Below are positions 47,760 to 54,021 of a stretch of 54,021 bases of DNA, piece after piece. This DNA comes from an uncultured Ruficoccus sp. (GTDB lineage: Bacteria > Verrucomicrobiota > Verrucomicrobiia > Opitutales > Cerasicoccaceae). A program made the position numbers and the translations under genes. Each line of letters opens with the position of its first letter. The stretch's first letter is position 1. The notes under the pieces are model-generated. The model saw only the letters and a list, made by a program, of their open reading frames with translations, did no database searches and was not told the origin of the DNA. The stretch covers positions 1-54,021 of the forward strand of contig OZ223503.1 of assembly GCA_965140785.1 (NCBI GenBank). Reading direction: 5' to 3'.

Positions 47760-48029
47760 TCAGGATTCGCTCAGGCCGTTGGCATCCAGGAAGTCCTGGC
47801 CGCGGGCGGCCAGCCGGTAGCGCTTGTCGGACGGGTCGAGATCGGGCAGGGCGCTGTCGATGAGTTTCTTGTCGTCGAGGTAGGCGAGTTCGCGGCGCAG
47901 GATGCGCTCGGTGATCTCGTGTCCGGCATGGCGGATGCCGATGCGGAGTGTATCGACGGGAAGGCAGGCAGGCGCTGCTGCCTCGAGTTGGAGCAAAATA
48001 ACTTCGCGGAGATGTTGGCGTTTGATCAT
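47760..48029 (-). CDS. Mu gp26-like winged-helix protein
   Basis: REVILLQL, RRELAYL...LI and YRLAARGQD motifs; position immediately before the gp27-like gene. Confidence 0.65.
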   Translation of the reverse strand: MIKRQHLREVILLQLEAAAPACLPVDTLRIGIRHAGHEITERILRRELAYLDDKKLIDSALPDLDPSDKRYRLAARGQDFLDANGLSES

Positions 48030-48058
48030 GGATGACGGGCTGAAAGGGTGAGGGCTAG

Positions 48059-48158
48059 GTTGCCTGGGTTGAGCCTTAGTTGCCTCGGTGGCGATGCAGA
48101 TATTATCACGGATTTTCGATCACACAATCGTTCGGTTGGGTGGGTTGGATCGGTTGGG
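48059..48158 (-). promoter_or_regulatory. Candidate promoter/operator region of the phage-like operon
   Basis: Extended -10-like TGATAATAT (48108-48100); direct repeats GTTGCCTsGGT (48059, 48079) and TCGGTTGGG (48132, 48150). Confidence 0.35.
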
Positions 48159-48314
48159 ATAAAAAGTTTTTGGCGGCGGTACGGGCAGATTTCTTTTGCG
48201 GTAGCCGGATGGATAAATTCCACGCTGGCAGGCGCTTGTGGAATACTTCCATTGCAGGGGTGATTTTTGGCTGTCAATAAGGGGGTAAGTCCTCATGCTC
48301 GGCGGCGCTTTTCT

Positions 48315-51300
48315 ATGCGGCGTCAACGCTCATTCTGGCTGATGGCGGCAGCTCTACTCGGGGCTGCGTGGGTTGGCGTATGGCTGATAAAACTACCGTC
48401 CCCTGCCGATGTGCAGACGGACCTGCCCGGGGAAATGCGCTCGCCCACGGCAACCAACCTCGCGACCGCGAACGCTGGCGCGACGGATGAGTCAGGAGGC
48501 CTGGAGGCATAGCGGCCCGGGCTCAACTGCAGGCGAATGTGTCAGGGCGAGTGGATCGACCGGCCCAGGTGGACCGCTTGGAAGGCGCGCGGGTGCTGGA
48601 AGAGCGCTGGGAGGATTTACCGGCTGGGGGCACGCAGCGGTTACGCCTGATCGAGTACCCGGGGCAGGCTCACCCTTTGCGGGTGGTGGAAGTCTTTGAG
48701 AACACAGGGGAGACTGAGCCGACACGGGTCTCACAACTGCGATGATCGCCGATCGCCTGCTCGTGCCCGCCGATTCGCCGCAGCAGGCCGCGTACTGGCG
48801 CGAGCGGCTTCAGCAGGTCGGGTACACGGTGGAGCAGGGAGGCTCGCCGTATCTGGTAAAAATCGCTCTGCCGCTCGCGACGCTTGAGGCCGTGCCGGAG
48901 GCATTGGCTGCTTTGGCGGCAGCAGATTTTGGCGGCCTGAGGGCCGAGCCGGACTATCTGCGCTTTCCGGCGCTTGAGCCGGACGATCCGGAGCTGCCCG
49001 GGCAGTATGCGCATGAGCGGATGGACAGCTGCCGGGCCTGGGATGTGACGGCTGGCTCGCCGGATGTCGTGCTGGCAATTCTCGATACGGGGATGGACCT
49101 CGATCACCCGGACCTGGCGGCAAATCTGTGGACGAACCCCGGGGAGATCGCGGGCAACGGCCTGGACGACGACGGCAACGGCTACGTCGATGACGTCCAT
49201 GGCTGGGACGTCTATGCCGATGACAATATGCCCAACGATACCGATGGCCATGGGACGCATGTGGCCGGTGTCGCCGGGGCGGTGGGCAATAACGCCGTTG
49301 GCGTGGCGGGCGTGAACTGGTCAGTGGCGCTGCTGCCGGTGCGGTTGGGAGAGGGCAGTTTTGCCGCCTCCGAGATTGTCGAGGCGCTGGACTACATTTA
49401 TGACCTGCGTACCAAGCGGGGCATTCCCATTGTTGTATCCAATAATTCCTATGTCGGTGCAGTCGTCGGCGAGAGCGAACGCGAAGCGATCGAGCGGCAG
49501 GGAGAGGCGGGCATCGTCTTTGTCTGCGCGGCCGGTAATCAAGGCGTGGACGTCGAGCAGACGGAGGTGTATCCCGGTGTATTGTCCGGTGAATACATCG
49601 TCAATGTCGCCAGCTCGGATGCGGCGGATAAACTGGCGGACTCGTCCAACTACGGCGTGGAGTCGGTCGATCTGGCTGCCCCCGGCGTCTCCATTCTGTC
49701 TACTGCAATTGGGGGCGGCTATGTTAGCCGGAGCGGGACTTCGATGGCGGCGCCTCAAGTGAGCGGGGCGCTGGCTCTGGCCTTCGCGGTTGACCCTGAG
49801 ATGGATTGGCGGGAGTTGAGGTCGGCTCTGCTCGAGAGCGTTGATCCTGTCCCTGCGCTCAGCGGTGTGACCGTGACGGTGGACGGCTTAATCTCGGACG
49901 ACTGATCGATACGGTGGCCGGAGTTGCAGAGGTGGACATCCTCTCTCCCACCGATACGGTTTGCCTGATCGATCCGCGGGCCGCCCTGCTGCTGGAGGCC
50001 AGGGTGACGGTCGGCGGGGAGGTTTTTATCCCGGAAGGGGGCGTGAGCTGGACGGTCTCTCCAACGTCGGGAGCTGTGCTCACGCAAGAAGGCGAGACAA
50101 GGGTGCAGGCGAGCTTTGCGACGGCGGGCATCTACACCGTGAGCGCGTCGGTCGAAACAGACGGTATTGTGCGCACGGACACGCGCGCAGTGGTGGTCGG
50201 CTCGCGGGCCGTGGCCGAGGGCCTCGTGGCCGAGTGGGGCTTCGAGGGTGAGAGCAGCGCTGTCACGGACAGCTCCGGGCAGGGATGGGACGGCACCCTT
50301 CAGGAAGCCGCGGGCCGGGGTGCGGGCGTGGTGGGCTCGGCCTACCGGGCGCAGGGACAGAGCGACCAGGGGGTGACGCTGGCGCAGCTTCCCAGTCTGC
50401 CCGAGGTCACTCTATGCGCCTGGGTGAAAGCGGAGTCCGACGCCAATGAATTCCCAAGAATTGTCGAAGGGCCGGAGTGGATCTTTTATCTTGGACTCAC
50501 CGACGGAACGCATGTGGAATGCTTAAAATTCAGCAGAATATTTAATGTCTACGCCGATGGCTGGTATACGCCTATCGGCTCCATTCAGACCGGGCGGTGG
50601 TATCACGTCGCTGCTACCTGGAGGGACGGAGACGAGGCCCGAGTCTGTACATTGATGGTGTGGCCCAACGGGTGGAGCAGGAGCGATACGGATCTCAGGG
50701 CCTGGTGTACGGTCCCGGCCCTGCTTGGCTCGGTAACGATGAAACGGGCAAACGTGCACTGGACGGCAGTCTGGACGAAGTGCGGATTTACGACCGGGTG
50801 TTGTCGCCGTCGGAGATTGCAATGTTGGCAGCGAACCACGCCCCCTCGCCGATGCACCGGAGAGCCGGGTGGCGGACCTTCAGGGGGCTTGGGAGTCAGT
50901 GACGGCGGTGGCTGACGAGGATGGGCCTCACCCACTCGCCTGTGTCTGGAAGGTGCTGAACGGTCCCGGCGAGCCCACGGTCGAGGGGGGCGAGACTACC
51001 CGCCCGGTCTTCACCTTTGACGCACCGGGCGTGTATACGGTGGCGCTGGAGGTGGATGATGGCGAGGCCCGCGCGCGCTACAGTTGGCAGGTCGAGGTGG
51101 ACGGCCTGTATCGAGTTTCTATGACAAGCGAAGATGGTGAGCTACTCCTGATGTCGGCGAACCGCTTTCCCGTAAATATCGGTGTCGATTTTACGCCTGC
51201 GCAGGCACTCACCCTCGGCTATACGCTGGGTGGTGACGGGGTCGCCGGGGAGGACTTCGCGGCGCTTTCCGGCACGCTGACTCTGGCCGCCGGGGCGGAC

Positions 51301-51849
51301 ACAGCGGTGATTGATCTTCAGGCCCTGACCCGCATGGCGGGGGAGTCGCGGACACTGACCCTTACCTTGGAAGAGGGCGAGGGGTATGAGCTGGGGGCGG
51401 ATACGAGCGTGACGATCACGCTGCTTCCCTATACCTATGCGAACTGGGCGGCGTATTTCGCTAACGAGTCCGGTAGTGGCGCGGGCAACTGGAGCCCGGC
51501 TTTTGACGCCAATGCCGACGGCTTCGGGAATCTGATAAAGTACGCCCTCGGCGTCGATCCGGTACACGCGACTGACGCGGTGACGCGGGAGCGCCTGCCG
51601 CAGTTGAAGCGGACGCCCGGCGGGCAGCTTGCGCTCTCCTATATCCGTCCGGAAAATGCCGATGCCTCTCTTTACGCCGTCGGTTCGAGTCCTTCGCCGA
51701 CGGGGCTGCCCTTCACCGGGCTGGAGGCACCAGAGGTGGTGGAATCCAATGGCGATGGTACGGAGACCGTCACTGTGACCGATCCGCAGGCCCTCCAGGC
51801 CCGGGAGTTGCGCTTCTTATTCCTGCGCGTCGAGACGGCCACGCAGTAG
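48315..51849 (+). pseudogene. Large secreted S8 subtilase with PKD-like, LamG and Calx-beta-like domains; five apparent single-base deletions
   Basis: ILDTG, HGTHVAG and GTSMAAP triad motifs; adding one base near 48499, 48739, 49878, 50638 and 50841 gives one ~1179-aa ORF (restores e.g. VTGGRLN and SLYIDGV). Confidence 0.75.
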
Positions 51850-51950
51850 CAGTGTCGGCGGGGGGCTGAGGATGATAAGCTATCGGCGTGACCGGAATGA
51901 GACAATTTTTCGTTTTGAAACCTCGGCCAGAATCGATTTGATGAGGGTTG

Positions 51951-53041
51951 ATGAAAGTCATCTCGCGTAAAAAGGTCTTTGACCACGGGCATGGGCTGCC
52001 TCCGGGGCAACTGGTGCGGGTGGATGCGGAACGGGCCCTGAGCGCCCCCTCCATCCGTATCCTGGCCTACAGCGATGATGACTTTCACGAGATCGAAGCA
52101 GCCACTCTCGACAGGTTCGCGAGCAATTGGGTAAATGGCCGGTCTGCTGGATTCAGGTCTCCGGGGGCTCCGACGAGGGGCTGATCCGTGGCTTGGGCGA
52201 AATCCTCGGTATCCACGCCCTGGCGCAGGAGGATATCCTCAACACGAACACGCGGCCCAAGTTCGAGGAGTACGGGCGCGACCTATTCGTCGTGGCGAAG
52301 ACCGCCACGGTGAACCGGGACGCGCGGGAGATCATGATCGAACAGGTGTCCTTCTACGCCACCGATAAGGCGCTGCTGAGCGTGCAGGAAAGCGTCAGTA
52401 ATTTCTTTACCCCGGTCATGACGCGGGTGCGGGAGTCCGGGGCCCGGCTGCGTGCACGCGGGGTGGGCTACCTGCTTTTTGCGCTCATGGATGTCAAGGC
52501 GGACAACATCCTGAGCATTCTCGACATGATCGAGAACGACATCGTGGAGGTCGAGGAGGACCTGTTGTCCGACGACAAGGATTTCACCATCGACATTATC
52601 TACCGGCACAAGCGTGCGGTGCTGGCAATCATGCGCTTTGTTATGCCCATGCGGGATAACGCGCACCGTCTGGAGATCATCGATCATCCGCTGATTAAGG
52701 AACAGGACCGATACTTTTTCCGGGATCTGGCGGACAATGCCCGCCGCGCCGCCGATCGGCTCGAGCACGCCCGGCTCATCCTGCAGAACATGCAGGAGTA
52801 CTACCACCTGATAGAGGAGCATAAGAACAACCATGTGATGAAAGTGCTGACGATCATCGCGACGCTGTTCCTGCCGCTCACCTTCATCGCGGGTGTGTAC
52901 GGGATGAATTTCGACCACGAGGTCAGCCCGTGGAACATGCCCGAGCTGTACATGCGTTTCGGCTATCCGCTGTGCATGCTCTTCATGGCCTCGTTCTTCT
53001 TCGCCATGTTGTATTGGTTCCGCCGCATGAAGTGGTTGTAG
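51951..53041 (+). CDS. corA: Magnesium/cobalt transporter CorA (one apparent frameshift near 52114-52118)
   Basis: GLPPG, HALAQEDI, RPKFEEY, YGMNF, MPEL; one added base joins the two frames. Confidence 0.88.
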
Positions 53042-53047
53042 TCGCTG

Positions 53048-53230
53048 GTCATTGGTTATTTGTCATTGGGAGACCGGCGAGGCACTGTAGCGCTAGCGGA
53101 TAAAGAGCGTCATTGCGCATCCGATCATCAGCCAGAACTTCGGCGTTTCATTGCCTCGCGGGTGCTGGACATTTTTTCTCTGCCTCTCATCAGGTTGTGG
53201 CCAACAAACCATGACCAATGACTACTGACC
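53048..53230. repeat. Inverted pair of heptamer-like repeats
   Basis: gtcattggttatttgtcattgg (53048-53069) facing ccatgaccaatgactactgacc (53209-53230). Confidence 0.45.
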
Positions 53231-54021
53231 GATAACCGGCCCCAGGCACAGGCGGAAGCCGATGGCGGAGGAGCGCGTGTCGGCGGTGAGGCTTTCGCGC
53301 GCGGCCACGCGGGAACGGATGGCGTAGTATTCCCAGCCGCCGCCGCGCACCACATGATGGTTGCCGGGGTCCGTCAGTACCCAGTCGGTTTGTTTGCCGC
53401 CCGGCAGACGGCCATTGTAGAGGTCCAGGCACCATTCAGCCACATTGCCGTGTACGTCGAAAAGACCGAAGGCATTGGGCTCGTAGTTGCCGACGTCGCT
53501 GGTGCCGTAAAAATTCGGGTCCTCGAGCTGTGAGGACGTGAAGTCGCGGGGGTATTTGCCGCGGAAGTTTGCGTGAGAAATGTCGGCGGTATCACCCCAG
53601 TAAAAGGGAGTGGTGGAGCCGGCGCGGGCGGCGTACTCCCATTCGGCCTCGGTCGGCAGGCGGTAGGTGTAGCCCTCGGGCAGGCGCCCGGCGGCTTTTT
53701 CACGTCGGTTAATTTCCTGGCAGAAGGCGACGGCCTCCTCCCAGGTCACTTTCTCGACGGGATGTTTTTCGCCTTTGAATTCGGAGGGGTTCTTGCCGTT
53801 GACGGCCTGATATTGCTCCTGGGTGATTTCGGTTTCGGAGAGCCAGAACCCCTTGGAAAGCGTGACCTCGGTTTGGGGGCCTTCGACCGGGAGGCGGCCA
53901 TGCTCCTGGACGGGGCTGCCCATCACAAACGTGCCGGGCGGAATCCAGGCCATGCCGATATCCAGGTAGGGGATGTCGTAGGAGAGTCCGCTGGCGGGGC
54001 CGGGAATGGGGGTAAGTCGGG
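53222..54021 (-). CDS. Formylglycine-generating enzyme (SUMF1-fold) family protein, C-terminal part (partial)
   Basis: PPGTFVMGS, YRLPTEAEWEYAARAG, NAFGLFDVHGNVAEW, VRGGGW, IGFRL; frame stays open to the window end. Confidence 0.9.
   Translation of the reverse strand, partial: RLTPIPGPASGLSYDIPYLDIGMAWIPPGTFVMGSPVQEHGRLPVEGPQTEVTLSKGFWLSETEITQEQYQAVNGKNPSEFKGEKHPVEKVTWEEAVAFCQEINRREKAAGRLPEGYTYRLPTEAEWEYAARAGSTTPFYWGDTADISHANFRGKYPRDFTSSQLEDPNFYGTSDVGNYEPNAFGLFDVHGNVAEWCLDLYNGRLPGGKQTDWVLTDPGNHHVVRGGGWEYYAIRSRVAARESLTADTRSSAIGFRLCLGPVIGQ

Larger units (their letters stand above)
37043..48029 (-). other. Mu-like head/packaging/lysis gene cluster without mobility or tail-shaft genes (candidate GTA-like element)
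   Basis: 14 co-oriented ORFs whose head genes follow Mu late-gene order, flanked directly by host-type genes. Confidence 0.8.

Noticed and set aside
37043..48029. Complete or inducible Mu-like prophage
   Set aside because: No transposase, repressor, replication or tail-shaft genes, and no end sequences or att repeats that I can see; a decayed remnant cannot be fully excluded without comparative data

Overview
GC-rich bacterial chromosome segment, most likely Verrucomicrobiota (Opitutia-like). This is inferred from the PVC-signature small basic protein, a DUF5069 protein and C/A-rich leaders without Shine-Dalgarno sites. Most of the window is housekeeping or accessory genes: ccoN/ccoS, rpoZ, smpB, cobQ, two exbD, a CDF transporter, a polyprenyl synthase, PPK2, an ECF sigma locus, fumC, hisI, a type III PKS trio, corA and a class A beta-lactamase. 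The standout is an ~11 kb single-strand operon (37043-48029, minus) of intact Mu-like late genes: gp26-like, small and large terminase, portal, protease/scaffold, DUF2190 cement, major capsid, gp36-like adaptor, one LamG fibre protein and a holin/lipoprotein/Cys-peptidase end module. It has no transposase, integrase, repressor, replication or tail tube/tape-measure/baseplate genes. Its small terminase appears to lack the usual N-terminal DNA-binding region. I propose it as a candidate domesticated, gene-transfer-agent-like, head-only particle system (inference). Also noted: an HtrA-like protein with all three catalytic residues replaced, several families of structured intergenic repeats (one with compensatory changes), a recurring Fur-box-like palindrome, and clusters of single-base frameshifts that look like sequencing errors. 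All family assignments come from motif recognition by eye; no searches were run.
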